From Pseudobacteriovorax antillogorgiicola (GTDB taxonomy: Bacteria; Bdellovibrionota_B; Oligoflexia; Oligoflexales; RGVZ01): 64,000 nucleotides of DNA. The notes beneath the pieces are model-generated. The model had not been told where the DNA came from. It searched no databases and worked only from the letters and a program-made list of their open reading frames with translations. Position numbers and translations under genes: made by a program. Where the stretch lies: positions 329,201-393,200 of the forward strand of contig CAMBEK010000001.1 in NCBI GenBank assembly GCA_945865565.1, written 5' to 3'. Positions 9,213 through 19,703 of the stretch are shown in pieces. How positions within the stretch are numbered: the stretch's first letter is position 1; every line of letters begins with the position of its first letter.

Positions 9213-10718
9213 GTGGAGCATGCGCAAGTGGTCAGATTCTTTTCGAAAAATCCCTTCAGACTTAAGGCGGCTGCCCTTGTCATCTCGGGTTGGCCGTTTG
9301 GTTTTCCCGGTGATCCGGCAACGGGCTACGTCCCTTCGGGAGATGATGCAGCCTTTGGGCGTCTGGCTTGTCCGTCCCTGACCCGCCTTAACCTGCAGCA
9401 AAAAAAATCAGAACCGTTGCTGCTTCGCAGCGTCGAAGTGGAATCACCAAAACACTGGAAATTTACGCTTAAATCAGACTTGTTCTGGTGGAGCGGTAAA
9501 CCTGTTTCTAGCGACGATCTAGCGACGTTTTTGCGCAATCAGATTTGCCCGGCGGCGGCCGGAGCGCTTGGAACGGATGCCTCCTGTCCGAAGTTTGAGG
9601 TGAAGGAAATAAATGAGGGCAAGGGTGCCGTTCAAACAGCGACCGTGGTTTGGCAATCTCAACCTGGATTCGGGCCATACGTTTTAAACGACAGAGCATT
9701 TTTTCGTCGATCCGGATCTGCTGCAATCGAGTGCGCGGGATTATACCGGTATCGCAGTACCAGTGCGGGTGAAATGGAATTTTTGCCCGCCCCAGGCTAT
9801 CCGCAAAAGCGTCCAGAGCTGCAATTCAAGGCACCACGAGAAGGCAAGCAGGGTCGCAGATCGCGCCTCGAATTTACGTTTGCCTCCGGAATGCAAAAGG
9901 GTCAGACCTGTTCCAAAGAAGGCTTGTTTCCAGCCGTTGCTGGCATACTTTGGAATGATCGGGCGGACGGCAGCCTCGCCACGTCACCACAGGCTCGAAA
10001 GGCGTTGACGCAGATCCTCCCGCGAGGCGAGCTGCTTCGGGCCGGAGCCTTGGGGCTAGGTGAGCTTGTCACCTCATTCATTCCGCGACAGCACCCGGGT
10101 TACAACCACAGCCTGCGAATCCGTCCCTACAGCGTGGACGATGCGTCGACGGCCTTGGAGAAGATCGGATGGCAGCGCGCAAGGGCCGATGCCCCGCGGA
10201 TTGATCGCAAGACTGGCAATCCGGTGGCTCTTCGAATTCTGATCCTCGATCCAGACTCAGCGGGGAGTGACCTGGTGCAAAAAGTTCTTGGAGATAGCCT
10301 TGCACTGCTCGGAATTCAGACAGAATTTATCGCAGATTCCGCCAATCTGGCCCAGGCTGGCAGCGCCAAATCCTCAACGGAATCAGCCGCCTTTGATGGA
10401 GTAATGGGTGTCTTTGCGGCAGATTGGCCAGCGGTGAATTTCATCCGGTCTGGTGAGTCAAGCCAGATGCTGGCGAAATTTATGCAATCCAATTTTTATC
10501 GCCAGTCCGACAACCTGCGTCTTGCCAGGAATTACGCCACATCATTGACAAATGCGTCACCGGACTTTATGGCACTGCAGCGGTTTCATGAAAAACTGTA
10601 CGAAGCAGAGTTATTCTCTCCGGTCATCCAATTGGGTACCTGCTTGGACCGCTCGGCCTCGTCACCCGCAAAGCTTGATTTTACGGACCCGGATTGGCTC
10701 AGGCTTCTCTTACTTTAA
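9213..10718 (+). CDS. Divergent ABC substrate-binding protein, family 5 (peptide/nickel type)
   Basis: WKFTLKSDLFWWSGKPVSSDD matches the family F.LR...W.DG.P.TA.D motif; YSVDDASTALEKIGW. Confidence 0.6.
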   Translation: MEHAQVVRFFSKNPFRLKAAALVISGWPFGFPGDPATGYVPSGDDAAFGRLACPSLTRLNLQQKKSEPLLLRSVEVESPKHWKFTLKSDLFWWSGKPVSSDDLATFLRNQICPAAAGALGTDASCPKFEVKEINEGKGAVQTATVVWQSQPGFGPYVLNDRAFFRRSGSAAIECAGLYRYRSTSAGEMEFLPAPGYPQKRPELQFKAPREGKQGRRSRLEFTFASGMQKGQTCSKEGLFPAVAGILWNDRADGSLATSPQARKALTQILPRGELLRAGALGLGELVTSFIPRQHPGYNHSLRIRPYSVDDASTALEKIGWQRARADAPRIDRKTGNPVALRILILDPDSAGSDLVQKVLGDSLALLGIQTEFIADSANLAQAGSAKSSTESAAFDGVMGVFAADWPAVNFIRSGESSQMLAKFMQSNFYRQSDNLRLARNYATSLTNASPDFMALQRFHEKLYEAELFSPVIQLGTCLDRSASSPAKLDFTDPDWLRLLLL

Positions 10719-10732
10719 CTTCAGGTGAACCT

Positions 10733-11491
10733 GTGATTGTTCTCAAAAGTGACCAGGAAATTGATGCAATGAAGGCCAGCTGTCAATTGGCGGCACAGTG
10801 CCTGGTCATGATTCAACCCCATGTGAAGCCAGGGATTACGACCCTCGAGCTGAACGATCTATGCCATGAATTCATCACTAGCCACGGAGCCATTGCGGCT
10901 CCATTGAATTACAAGGGATTTCCCAAGTCGGTCTGCACTTCGGTCAATGAAGTTGTCTGTCATGGAATTCCCAATGCACGGCAGATCCTTAAGGACGGTG
11001 ACATCATCAATGTCGATGTCACGACAATTTTGGACGAATATCATGGGGATACGTCAAAAACATTTTTGGTCGGGCAAGGCCACAAACCCGTTGTTGCCAA
11101 GATCGTGAAGTGTGCGGAAGAGGCCATGTATGCCGGTATTTCAGCGGTTCGGGCCGGCGGACGAATCGGTGACATTGGTGCCGCCATCATGGAGCGTTGC
11201 GATCGGGATGGTTTCAGTGTGGTTCGAGAATTTGTTGGTCACGGCATTGGCAAAGGATTTCATGAAGATCCGCAGGTCCCTCACTACGGGCTGCGTGGCA
11301 AGGGTGCGCGTCTTGAGCCAGGGATGACCTTTACGATCGAGCCGATGGTCAACGAAGGGCATTGGAAAACCAAGGTCTTGGGAGATGGCTGGACGGCAGT
11401 GACGATTGATCGAAAGTTGTCGGCGCAATTTGAGCACACGATTGCAATCCGGAGTGATGGTAGCGTCGAAATCCTAACCGTTCCCAGGTAA
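10733..11491 (+). CDS. map: Methionine aminopeptidase type I
   Basis: CTSVNEVVCHGIP, NVDVT, HGDTS, GHGIG..FHE, TIEPM, SAQFEHT. Confidence 0.96.
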   Translation: MIVLKSDQEIDAMKASCQLAAQCLVMIQPHVKPGITTLELNDLCHEFITSHGAIAAPLNYKGFPKSVCTSVNEVVCHGIPNARQILKDGDIINVDVTTILDEYHGDTSKTFLVGQGHKPVVAKIVKCAEEAMYAGISAVRAGGRIGDIGAAIMERCDRDGFSVVREFVGHGIGKGFHEDPQVPHYGLRGKGARLEPGMTFTIEPMVNEGHWKTKVLGDGWTAVTIDRKLSAQFEHTIAIRSDGSVEILTVPR

Positions 11492-11497
11492 GTCCGG

Positions 11498-11785
11498 TTA
11501 CTCAGGGTTGGCGAGAAGTTCCATATAGAGTTCTAGTTCGTCGGCAAAGATCCGGTCTGGATTTTCCATTCTGGATTTCAGGTCCTCGATACGACCCTCA
11601 ATATCCAGCTGCAGCGCCCGCACTTGGGTTCCCGCTGCTCCTAATGCTGCCGCAGTTTTTGTAAGATTTGCGAGCATGTGTTCCAAATTTCCGAGTCGGA
11701 TTTCACGGAGCTCGTTGAGCGCGGCAATCGTATCGGGGTGGAAATTTTCCTGAAAAACCAATTCGGTGGCGTTTGTTCCGGGCAT
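11498..11785 (-). CDS. Hypothetical coiled-coil protein
   Basis: 95-aa helical ORF with AGAGGAGGG RBS. Confidence 0.55.
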   Translation of the reverse strand: MPGTNATELVFQENFHPDTIAALNELREIRLGNLEHMLANLTKTAAALGAAGTQVRALQLDIEGRIEDLKSRMENPDRIFADELELYMELLANPE

Positions 11786-12074
11786 TGATGGCCCTCCTCT
11801 GCCGTTGACTTAGCAATCTGATGGCCAAGAGTCGGGCCATTCGATTTTAAAAAATAAACAATAAAAACGAGCCGTTGAGATCTAGTTTTGCTGCTTTTCT
11901 GGAGTAGACGGACGGTAAGGTTCCGCCACCTGTCAATCGGTTGGGCAGTCGACGATGAATTTACAAAAGTTGAGATCAATCTTTATGTTGGCTTAACCAG
12001 GCAAGGCTAAGCTTGCAACGAGACAAAAGCTTTGAAATAAAGCCATTCTATGGATCGGGTGTCCGGAGGTTTTT

Positions 12075-12908
12075 ATGCTTTCACAAAGAATCATTCAGAC
12101 TATGCCCGCACTTCGTCGTGCGCCATCCTTTAAAGCCGCCGAACAGGGTGGCAAACTAATTCCTCTGGTTGAGTTCTCGCGTGGCGATTTTCTAGTGAAA
12201 ACCGTTCGGTCCAAGCGCGACCTGCGTCAGGTTCAAAGCCTGCGCTACGATGTGTTCCACCGTGAGTACAAGCAGAAGAAATTTCCGTTTGGTTTGGATC
12301 TGGATCGGTTCGACGCCTGGAGCGATCATCTCGTGATCATGGATCAGCGCACAGGATGTTTTGTCGGTACCTACCGCCTCCTGCTTGAGGGTCGCGCTCC
12401 CTATTTTTATTCTGAGACTGAGTTTGACATGAGCCCGCTCATGGCTATTTCTGGCAGAAAGCTCGAACTTTCGCGGGCCTGTATCCACAAGGACTATCGC
12501 AACGGCGTTGTGATCGGCCTTTTGTGGCGCGGATTGGTTCAGTACGTCCAGGCCAGCGGTGCTGATTACCTGTTCGGAATGAGCAGTTTCAAGTCGACGA
12601 ATCCGGCAGAAATCGCCCTTCTTTATCAGCAATTGCGTGCAGAGGGATCTGTCGATGAAAGCCTGCCGTGCATGCCGGCTGGTGATTACAAGATCCCAGG
12701 TTTTCACAGTTATTTACAGAACCCGGCAAATCCAGATGTTCCAGCTCCAGACTTGGTCCCGCCATTGTTGAAGTCATACCTTCGTGCGGGAGCCAAGGTC
12801 ATTGGCGAGCCGGCATTGGATGAAGACTTTAGGTGCGCTGATTTTTTGACCCTTCTTGACATGAAAAAATTGGGCAAGGCTTACGAGAGAAAGTTCAAAC
12901 TTTGCTGA
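12075..12908 (+). CDS. olsB: OlsB-like GNAT N-acyltransferase (ornithine/amino-lipid synthesis)
   Basis: LRYDVF, DLDRFD..DHL, VGTYRL, FYSETEFD, LELSRACIH.DYR, PPLLKSYLRAGA, PALDEDF..AD. Confidence 0.8.
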   Translation: MLSQRIIQTMPALRRAPSFKAAEQGGKLIPLVEFSRGDFLVKTVRSKRDLRQVQSLRYDVFHREYKQKKFPFGLDLDRFDAWSDHLVIMDQRTGCFVGTYRLLLEGRAPYFYSETEFDMSPLMAISGRKLELSRACIHKDYRNGVVIGLLWRGLVQYVQASGADYLFGMSSFKSTNPAEIALLYQQLRAEGSVDESLPCMPAGDYKIPGFHSYLQNPANPDVPAPDLVPPLLKSYLRAGAKVIGEPALDEDFRCADFLTLLDMKKLGKAYERKFKLC

Positions 12909-13690
12909 TTGGTTACATTCGTTTCGTTACATTGTTCTTTTTCATCGGTGTTTTTGTTGCTGGTGCCATTATCCTGCGACTTCTCTTTGGTGACACCTTA
13001 CGCGCCCGGCGTTTTGCGGCGCATTGGGTGCATATCAACTGCAGAATTGGCCTCAAAACTTTAGGGGTCAAGGTCGATCAAATTGATGCAACCGGCGGAA
13101 TTCGCAATGGAATTCCTGCAGGGGAAGGTCATTTGATCGTGGCCAATCATTTGTCATACCTCGACATTTTGGTTGTCGCCTCGCTTCGGCCAATGCTTTT
13201 TGTGACATCGAATGAGATTCGCGATTCTGGGTTTCTCGGTTATTTGGCTAAGGCCGGCGGGTGTCACTTTGTCGAGCGCCGCAATCGCGACCAGATCCAG
13301 CGCGAAGTCGCCGAGATCGCGGGGTCTTTATCTCAAGGCTTGAGTGTCGTCGTATTCCCGGAGGCAACATCAACCAATGGTGCCCAAGTTTTGCCCTTCA
13401 AGGTTGCGCTCATGGATGCCGCAATCGTATCGGGCCGCCCCCTACTGCCACTCTGTTTGAATTACCGGGAGATTGCGGGCCAGCCCGTAGGGGTATCAAA
13501 CCGCGATGAAATTTGCTGGTACGGCGATATGACCTTTCTCAATCACATCATCAATGTGGCCCGGCGCGGGGATATTGTGGTAGCGGTTACGAAGCTTCGC
13601 GAAGTTGGTATAAGACCCGAATCTGACAGGAAAAGTTTAGCGTCAGAGGCCTATGCCCAGATCGTCGGACATTACGTCCAAATCGTCTGA
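12902..13690 (+). CDS. olsA: PlsC/OlsA-family lyso-lipid O-acyltransferase
   Basis: ANHLSYLDI and FPEATS motifs; overlaps the olsB-like gene. Confidence 0.75.
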   Translation: MLIGYIRFVTLFFFIGVFVAGAIILRLLFGDTLRARRFAAHWVHINCRIGLKTLGVKVDQIDATGGIRNGIPAGEGHLIVANHLSYLDILVVASLRPMLFVTSNEIRDSGFLGYLAKAGGCHFVERRNRDQIQREVAEIAGSLSQGLSVVVFPEATSTNGAQVLPFKVALMDAAIVSGRPLLPLCLNYREIAGQPVGVSNRDEICWYGDMTFLNHIINVARRGDIVVAVTKLREVGIRPESDRKSLASEAYAQIVGHYVQIV

Positions 13691-13757
13691 TCCGTCGGCG
13701 TGAGTTACAGGTTTCCCCGTTTTTTCCGAAGGCCCAGGTACATCCTGAGGGTTTTCA

Positions 13758-14840
13758 ATGGATCTCGTACACCTTTCCAGAAATGTCCCTGAACTGATCG
13801 AAATCGATCGCCTTGCGGGTGATTTGCCCCGTGGCATGCGGGTGCGTGTTTTGGATTCTGTTATCCACCACGGCGTCGAGTTGCCAATCCACTGTTTCGA
13901 GGCTGGGCCGGACGATCCAGAGACTCCGGTCTTCCTGTTGACGGGTGGGGTCCATGGACTCGAACGCATCGGGACCCATGTCGTTATTGCTTACATGAAG
14001 ACCCTGTTTAGTCACATGGCATGGGATGAGGCGCAGCACGACCACTTCAAGAAGGCCAGACTGATCATTGTGCCCCTGGTGAATCCTGCGGGAATGCTAC
14101 TCCGCAGTCGTTCGAATGGTCGTGGTGTTGACCTCATGCGAAATGCCCCGGTTGAGGCGGTCCACAACAACTCCTGGGTTCCCTTTGTGGGCGGTCACCG
14201 GCTTGGACCCTTTATGGCATGGTACCGCGGTGCTGGAGCCGACGAGGGTGCCATGGAAAAAGAATCTCAGGCGCTTGAGGAACTTGTTAGGGGGAAGTTA
14301 TTTCCAGCTAAAGCTGCCATCTCGTTGGATGTGCACTCAGGATTTGGCACGGTGGATCGCCTTTGGTTCCCTTATGCGAAATCCAGGGACCCTTTTCCTT
14401 CCCTGGCTGAGATTTATCGTCTGAACGCCCTGTTGGATAGTTCATATCCAAACCATATTTACAAAGTGGAACCCCAGTCGCTTAACTATACAACCCACGG
14501 GGATCTTTGGGATTATTTTTATGATCAGCATTCGGCATCCAAGTTCCGGGGGGGAACATACCTGCCCCTTGCCTTGGAATTGGGGTCGTGGCTTTGGGTT
14601 AAAAAAAACCCCCTTCAGATCTTTTCCCTCCTTGGGGCATTCAACCCGATCATCCGCCATCGCTACCAGAGGATCTTGCGCCGCCACCTTGCTTTGCTCG
14701 ACTTCATGACGCGGGCAGCAGCAAGCCACGGGGTCTGGAGCAGGTTCTCTGAAACAGAGCGCAAAGAAATCAACGAGAAAGCCCATGACAGGTGGTATTC
14801 AGAATTCGATGCCGGCCTTCCTTCGTTCGCTGGAAAATAA
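13758..14840 (+). CDS. M14-family zinc carboxypeptidase-like protein
   Basis: GGVHGLE (HxxE), VNPAG, RSNGRGVDLMRN, LDVHSG. Confidence 0.8.
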   Translation: MDLVHLSRNVPELIEIDRLAGDLPRGMRVRVLDSVIHHGVELPIHCFEAGPDDPETPVFLLTGGVHGLERIGTHVVIAYMKTLFSHMAWDEAQHDHFKKARLIIVPLVNPAGMLLRSRSNGRGVDLMRNAPVEAVHNNSWVPFVGGHRLGPFMAWYRGAGADEGAMEKESQALEELVRGKLFPAKAAISLDVHSGFGTVDRLWFPYAKSRDPFPSLAEIYRLNALLDSSYPNHIYKVEPQSLNYTTHGDLWDYFYDQHSASKFRGGTYLPLALELGSWLWVKKNPLQIFSLLGAFNPIIRHRYQRILRRHLALLDFMTRAAASHGVWSRFSETERKEINEKAHDRWYSEFDAGLPSFAGK

Positions 14841-14855
14841 ATTCCCTCATTTTAC

Positions 14856-14885
14856 TTGACAGGTTCAGCCATCAAAGTTTAGAAC
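14856..14885 (+). promoter_or_regulatory. Candidate sigma70 promoter of the S10 operon
   Basis: Perfect TTGACA at 14856-14861; imperfect -10 TAGAAC 18 nt downstream; about 185-nt leader to rpsJ. Confidence 0.35.
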
Positions 14886-15071
14886 CTCGCGACTCGGGTA
14901 AGCCTGCTTAACAGCAAGCCAATGCCGTCGATCAGAGAGAACCTCTGCGAATATCGGTGATCAAACAGGTCACAAATCTCCGCAAAAGACCCCTCCGGCC
15001 GTGGCTCGACTTACCCAAGCAAGTTGTTTCAAAAATGTAAACGAACAACGAATGCAGTAGGTTGCTAGAGC

Positions 15072-15383
15072 ATGCAAAGTCAAAAAATCAGAATCCGTTT
15101 GAGAGGTTACGACTATCGTCTGCTGGACCAAGCTGCCGCAGACATCGTCGAACGTGCCAAGCGCACCGGCGCCCGCGTAGCAGGCCCGATTCCACTTCCG
15201 ACTGCGATTAACCGGTATACGGTACTTCGTAGTCCACACGTCGACAAGAAGTCTCGGGAGCAATTCGAGGTACGCACTCACAAGCGCGTTCTCGATATCC
15301 TCGAGCCCAAGCAACAAACCATCGACGCGCTCATGAAGCTCGACCTGGCATCCGGTGTGGATGTTGAGATCAAGTTGTACTGA
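15072..15383 (+). CDS. rpsJ: 30S ribosomal protein S10
   Basis: [27 protein letters not shown]. Confidence 0.98.
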   Translation: MQSQKIRIRLRGYDYRLLDQAAADIVERAKRTGARVAGPIPLPTAINRYTVLRSPHVDKKSREQFEVRTHKRVLDILEPKQQTIDALMKLDLASGVDVEIKLY

Positions 15384-15460
15384 ATGAGCCTCCGTCCATA
15401 GATCAGTCACTGAGAATCCTCTAAAGACTCCAGTCACGAACTGAATAGCAGGTTGCGAGA

Positions 15461-16099
15461 ATGAATGTGAAAGCTTTGGTAGCAAAAAAAATCGGAATGA
15501 CGCGGATGATGAATCCCGAAGGCCACATGGTCGCGGTAACACTCCTCCAAATCGAAGAGCAAAAGATCACCAAGATCCTCACCTCGGATCGTGATGGTTA
15601 CAGCGCTGTTCAGGTCGGATACTTCACGAAACGTGATACCCGCTTGACCAAGGCTGATCACGCCCGACTGCGCAAGGTCAACGTGGCTGAGAACTTTGCT
15701 CGTTTCAAGGAATTTCGCTCGGTTCAACCCATTGAAGGGATCGAAGCCGGGGCGAGTTTAACTGCAGCAATTCTTGAAGGCGTGAAAGCCGTTGACGTCA
15801 CCGGCTTCACCAAGGGTCGTGGATTCACGGGTTCAGTAAAACGCTGGAGCGTGGCTTGCGGTCGTATGACCCACGGATCGCGCTTTCACCGTCGCCCTGG
15901 TTCCCTCGGTACGCGCACGACGCCGGGCCGGGTATTCAAGGGTAAGCCCCAGCCTGGCCAATATGGCGACGAGCAGCGCACGATTCAGAATCTTCGGCTT
16001 CTGGATGTGGACACCAAAAACAATGTGATCGCGGTCTACGGTTCCGTCCCGGGTCATCAGAACAATTATCTGTTCGTTAAGCCTTCGATCAAGGCCTAG
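15461..16099 (+). CDS. rplC: 50S ribosomal protein L3
   Basis: KIGMT, DGYSAVQ, HGSRFHRRPGS, GSVPG; operon position. Confidence 0.97.
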   Translation: MNVKALVAKKIGMTRMMNPEGHMVAVTLLQIEEQKITKILTSDRDGYSAVQVGYFTKRDTRLTKADHARLRKVNVAENFARFKEFRSVQPIEGIEAGASLTAAILEGVKAVDVTGFTKGRGFTGSVKRWSVACGRMTHGSRFHRRPGSLGTRTTPGRVFKGKPQPGQYGDEQRTIQNLRLLDVDTKNNVIAVYGSVPGHQNNYLFVKPSIKA

Positions 16100-16110
16100 A
16101 GGTACAGACC

Positions 16111-16749
16111 ATGGAAATTCAAATCAAAGACATCAAGGGCAAGGCAGTAAAGTCAGTCAAGCTGCCCGAAGCTATCTACGGCGTTCCAATGAACGAGCAC
16201 GTACTTCATCTTGTGGTGAAGAGCTACCAGGCGGCTCGCCGTCAAGGTACCCATTGCACCAAGACAAGAGCCTACGTTTCCGGCGGCGGCAAGAAGCCCT
16301 TCAAGCAAAAAGGTACGGGTGGAGCCCGTCAGGGTACCAACCGTTCACCTCTTATGCCGGGTGGAGCTGTGGTCTTCGGTCCTCGTCCACGGGATTACCG
16401 TGAAAAGACCAACCAAAAGCTTCGCCAATTGGCACTTCGGGTGGCTTTGTCGGACAAGGTTCGTCACGGCAAACTTGTTGTAGTTAATGATTTTGCCCTC
16501 AGTAAATACAGCACCAAGCATCTCCTTGGCGCGCTGAGTGCTCTGGGTGTTGGTAAGGCCCTGTTTTCGGATGAGCGCAAGGACGACCTCCTTTACAAGT
16601 CAGCGCGTAATATCCACGGGGCAACGTCAGTTGCACCTGCGGAACTGAATGCAGAGCATGTGCTTCGTTACGAGTCGCTTGTGATCAGTGAAACCGCTCT
16701 CAACTCGCTTCACCAGCGTTTCGAGGAGAACCACAGTGAATCTGTATAA
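16111..16749 (+). CDS. rplD: 50S ribosomal protein L4
   Basis: RQGTH.TKTR..VSGGGKKP.KQKGTG.AR.G. Confidence 0.97.
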   Translation: MEIQIKDIKGKAVKSVKLPEAIYGVPMNEHVLHLVVKSYQAARRQGTHCTKTRAYVSGGGKKPFKQKGTGGARQGTNRSPLMPGGAVVFGPRPRDYREKTNQKLRQLALRVALSDKVRHGKLVVVNDFALSKYSTKHLLGALSALGVGKALFSDERKDDLLYKSARNIHGATSVAPAELNAEHVLRYESLVISETALNSLHQRFEENHSESV

Positions 16750-17023
16750 CGTTTTGGTCAGACCCGTGCTCTCTGAAAAGAGCAATGAGGCACGCGAGCA
16801 TGGTGGAAAATACACCTTCGAAGTGGCTATGAAGTCGACGAAGGATGATGTTCAGCGCGCCATCGAAAAGATATACAACGTTAAGGTTGCTGGCGTTCAG
16901 ACCATGGTAACACGTGGCAAGATTCGTCGTCGTGGCTTGCATCTCTCTCTCGAGAGCAAATGCAAAAAAGCCATTGTGACGCTGGCGGCAGGGGCCAAGC
17001 TCCCACTGTTTGAAGAGCAGTAA
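16736..17023 (+). CDS. rplW: 50S ribosomal protein L23
   Basis: GTG start after GAGGAG; RPVLSEK, KYTFEV, KKAIVTL. Confidence 0.95.
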   Translation: MNLYNVLVRPVLSEKSNEAREHGGKYTFEVAMKSTKDDVQRAIEKIYNVKVAGVQTMVTRGKIRRRGLHLSLESKCKKAIVTLAAGAKLPLFEEQ

Positions 17024-17072
17024 TCGTTGAAACGATGTTCCGCGCAGGCGGAATGAAGAGGGAAGAATAGTT

Positions 17073-17900
17073 ATGGCAGTCAAAATCCTCAAGCCAACGA
17101 CCCCAGGCCGCCGCGGCGCCTCAGTTGTTGACTACAGCTCAATCGACAAGGTTGAGCCGTGCGCGTCCCTTCTGGTCGCATTGAAGAAGCACTCTGGCCG
17201 CAACAACACGGGTCGGATCATGGTTCGTCACCAGGGTGGCGGCGTTCGTCGGCACTACCGCATCATCGACTGGCGTCGTGACAAACGCGGAATCCCGGGT
17301 AAAGTCGAGTACATTGAATACGATCCGAACCGTACGGCATTCATTGCCCGCGTAGTTTATTCGGACGGCGAGCGTCGCTATATTCTTGCGCCCGAGGGCT
17401 TGAAAAAAGGCGCAAGTGTTGTTGCTGATGAGACAGCCGACGTGAAGGTTGGCAATGCGATGCCATTGCGTTCCATTCCACTCGGTACTTTTGTCCACAA
17501 CATTGAGATGCGTCCGGGCAAGGGCGGCCAAATGGCACGCAGTGCCGGTACGTACGCCCAGTTGATCGGTCGCCTTGACGGTTATGCTCAGCTCCGTATG
17601 CCGAGTGGTGAAATGCGCCGGATCAACGATAGCTGTTTTGCCGTAATCGGCCAGGTCAGCAATCCAGACAACTTCAACGTTACGATCGGTAAAGCCGGTC
17701 GGAGTCGTTGGATGGGTATTCGTCCAACCGTTCGCGGTATGACGATGAACCCCTGCGATCACCCTCACGGTGGTGGTGAAGGTCGTGCGAAAGGTGGCCG
17801 TCACCCGGTAAGCCCATGGGCTCAGCCGGCTAAGGGTTACAAGACACGTAAGAACAAGCGGACCGCAAAAGATATTATTCGGGACCGTCGTCAAAAATAG
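17073..17900 (+). CDS. rplB: 50S ribosomal protein L2
   Basis: [27 protein letters not shown]. Confidence 0.98.
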   Translation: MAVKILKPTTPGRRGASVVDYSSIDKVEPCASLLVALKKHSGRNNTGRIMVRHQGGGVRRHYRIIDWRRDKRGIPGKVEYIEYDPNRTAFIARVVYSDGERRYILAPEGLKKGASVVADETADVKVGNAMPLRSIPLGTFVHNIEMRPGKGGQMARSAGTYAQLIGRLDGYAQLRMPSGEMRRINDSCFAVIGQVSNPDNFNVTIGKAGRSRWMGIRPTVRGMTMNPCDHPHGGGEGRAKGGRHPVSPWAQPAKGYKTRKNKRTAKDIIRDRRQK

Positions 17901-17925
17901 TTGAACGAATAGGAGAATGCCCCAG

Positions 17926-18210
17926 ATGGCGCGTTCAATTAAAAAAGGCCCTTTTGTAGACGGATACCTCTTCGGCAAAGCCGAGAAGGCTCGTCAAGAT
18001 CGCAAACCAATAAAGACTTGGAGCCGTCGCTCCACGATCTTGCCTGACTTTGTTGGGCTGACGTTTGCGGTGCACAATGGCAACAAGTTTATTCCGGTTT
18101 TCGTCACCGAGAACATGGTTGGTCACAAGCTGGGTGAATTTTCCCAGACTCGGACCTTCCACGGTCACGGCAGTGAGAAAAAAGGCGCCAAGCCCGGCGC
18201 AGGCGCATGA
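17926..18210 (+). CDS. rpsS: 30S ribosomal protein S19
   Basis: [26 protein letters not shown]. Confidence 0.98.
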   Translation: MARSIKKGPFVDGYLFGKAEKARQDRKPIKTWSRRSTILPDFVGLTFAVHNGNKFIPVFVTENMVGHKLGEFSQTRTFHGHGSEKKGAKPGAGA

Positions 18211-18222
18211 GGTTGACAGGAC

Positions 18223-18561
18223 ATGTCTGAACAATACAAAGCAGTTCTGAGAAACGTTCGCATTGCCCCCCGAAAAGTTCGCCTGGTGGCGGATCTGGTT
18301 CGCGGCAAGCAGGTTCAAGATGCCTTGGATCTTCTGAAGGTGACGACCAAGCGGTCGGCTCCGGTGGTGTCAGGTCTTCTGACATCAGCGATTGCCAACG
18401 CTACGTCGAAAGCAACAGTGGATGTCGATCGGTTAGTTATTAGTGAGCTGATGGTGGACGGTGGATCTGTGTTGAAGCGCTTCATGCCTCGCGCTCAGGG
18501 TCGTGCTACCCAGATTCGCAAACGCACGTCGCACATCACGATGAAGCTCAAAGAAATCTAA
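18223..18561 (+). CDS. rplV: 50S ribosomal protein L22
   Basis: [30 protein letters not shown]. Confidence 0.98.
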   Translation: MSEQYKAVLRNVRIAPRKVRLVADLVRGKQVQDALDLLKVTTKRSAPVVSGLLTSAIANATSKATVDVDRLVISELMVDGGSVLKRFMPRAQGRATQIRKRTSHITMKLKEI

Positions 18562-18575
18562 AGGAAGGATACTTC

Positions 18576-19238
18576 GTGGGACAGAAAGTACACCCAATCG
18601 GTTTCCGTCTCGGTGTGATCAAGGGTTGGAGCTCGCGCTGGTACTCGAAAAATGAGTACGCCAAGTTCCTCCAGGAAGACATCCGGATCCGTGCATACAT
18701 CGAGAAGAAATTCAAGGCAGCTGGCGTTGCAACGGTTGAAATCGAGCGCGCCGCTAAAAACTTGAAGATCAATATTCACAGTAGCCGGCCCGGCATCATC
18801 ATCGGGAAAAAAGGCGCTGGAGCAGAAACACTAAAGGACGAGCTTGTCCGCCACTGCAAAATCACCTCTGGCGAGCCAACGCTGAATGTCTTTGAAGTAA
18901 AAAAGCCAGACATGGATGCCAAGCTTGTGGCTGAAAGTATCCGTGAGCAGCTGGAGCGCCGGGTTTCGTTTCGCCGCGCCATGAAGAAGTCTATTGGACA
19001 GACCATGAAGGCCGGAGCGAAAGGTATCAAGGTTCAGTTGTGTGGCCGCTTGGGCGGCGCCGACATGTCCCGGATGGAGCGTTACATGGAAGGCCGTGTT
19101 CCGCTGCATACCCTACGCGCAGATATTGATTACGGAACTGCAGAAGCCTTGACGACCTTTGGTCTGATTGGCGTAAAAATTTGGATTTTCAAAGGGGAAA
19201 TTCTCTCCCGCGATGAATTCAGCAGCAAGCAGAACTAA
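18576..19238 (+). CDS. rpsC: 30S ribosomal protein S3
   Basis: [26 protein letters not shown]. Confidence 0.98.
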   Translation: MGQKVHPIGFRLGVIKGWSSRWYSKNEYAKFLQEDIRIRAYIEKKFKAAGVATVEIERAAKNLKINIHSSRPGIIIGKKGAGAETLKDELVRHCKITSGEPTLNVFEVKKPDMDAKLVAESIREQLERRVSFRRAMKKSIGQTMKAGAKGIKVQLCGRLGGADMSRMERYMEGRVPLHTLRADIDYGTAEALTTFGLIGVKIWIFKGEILSRDEFSSKQN

Positions 19239-19271
19239 CACCCGCAGAGACCGACGAGCGAGGACTGAGAC

Positions 19272-19694
19272 ATGCTGGCTCCAAAGAGAATGAAATACCG
19301 GAAGGCCCACAAGGGCCGGGTCAAAGGCAAAGCCAAGGCCGGCACTGAGCTGACCAAAGGCGAATTTGGCCTGATGGCTATGGAAAGCGGAAAGATAACG
19401 GCGCGCCAAATTGAGGCAGCCCGTATCGCCATGACCCGTCACTGTAAAAGGGGCGGTTTTGTGTGGATTAAGATCTTCCCGGCCAAGCCGATCACCAAGA
19501 AACCAGCCGAAACCCGGATGGGTAGCGGAAAAGGTGGCGTAGAGTACTACGTTGCGGTTGTAAAACCCGGCAGAATCCTTTATGAGATGCAGGGCGTTGA
19601 GAAGGCAGTTGCTGAAGAAGCTCTGACGCTTGCTGCTTCCAAGCTCCCGATTAAAACCAAACTAATCCTCCGGTCAGAAGACCCTTGGGCATAA
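19272..19694 (+). CDS. rplP: 50S ribosomal protein L16
   Basis: [24 protein letters not shown]. Confidence 0.98.
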   Translation: MLAPKRMKYRKAHKGRVKGKAKAGTELTKGEFGLMAMESGKITARQIEAARIAMTRHCKRGGFVWIKIFPAKPITKKPAETRMGSGKGGVEYYVAVVKPGRILYEMQGVEKAVAEEALTLAASKLPIKTKLILRSEDPWA

Positions 19695-19703
19695 GGTTAA
19701 GTC

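Noticed and set aside
11960-11998. Possible Pho-box-like 11-bp periodic sites upstream of olsB (TTTACA...TTTATG...TTAACC)
   Set aside because: Matches are weak and the region is AT-rich; not distinguishable from background by eye.
14886-15071. Structured autoregulatory S10 leader RNA
   Set aside because: The leader length is compatible, but I could not identify a convincing known structure without a covariance search.
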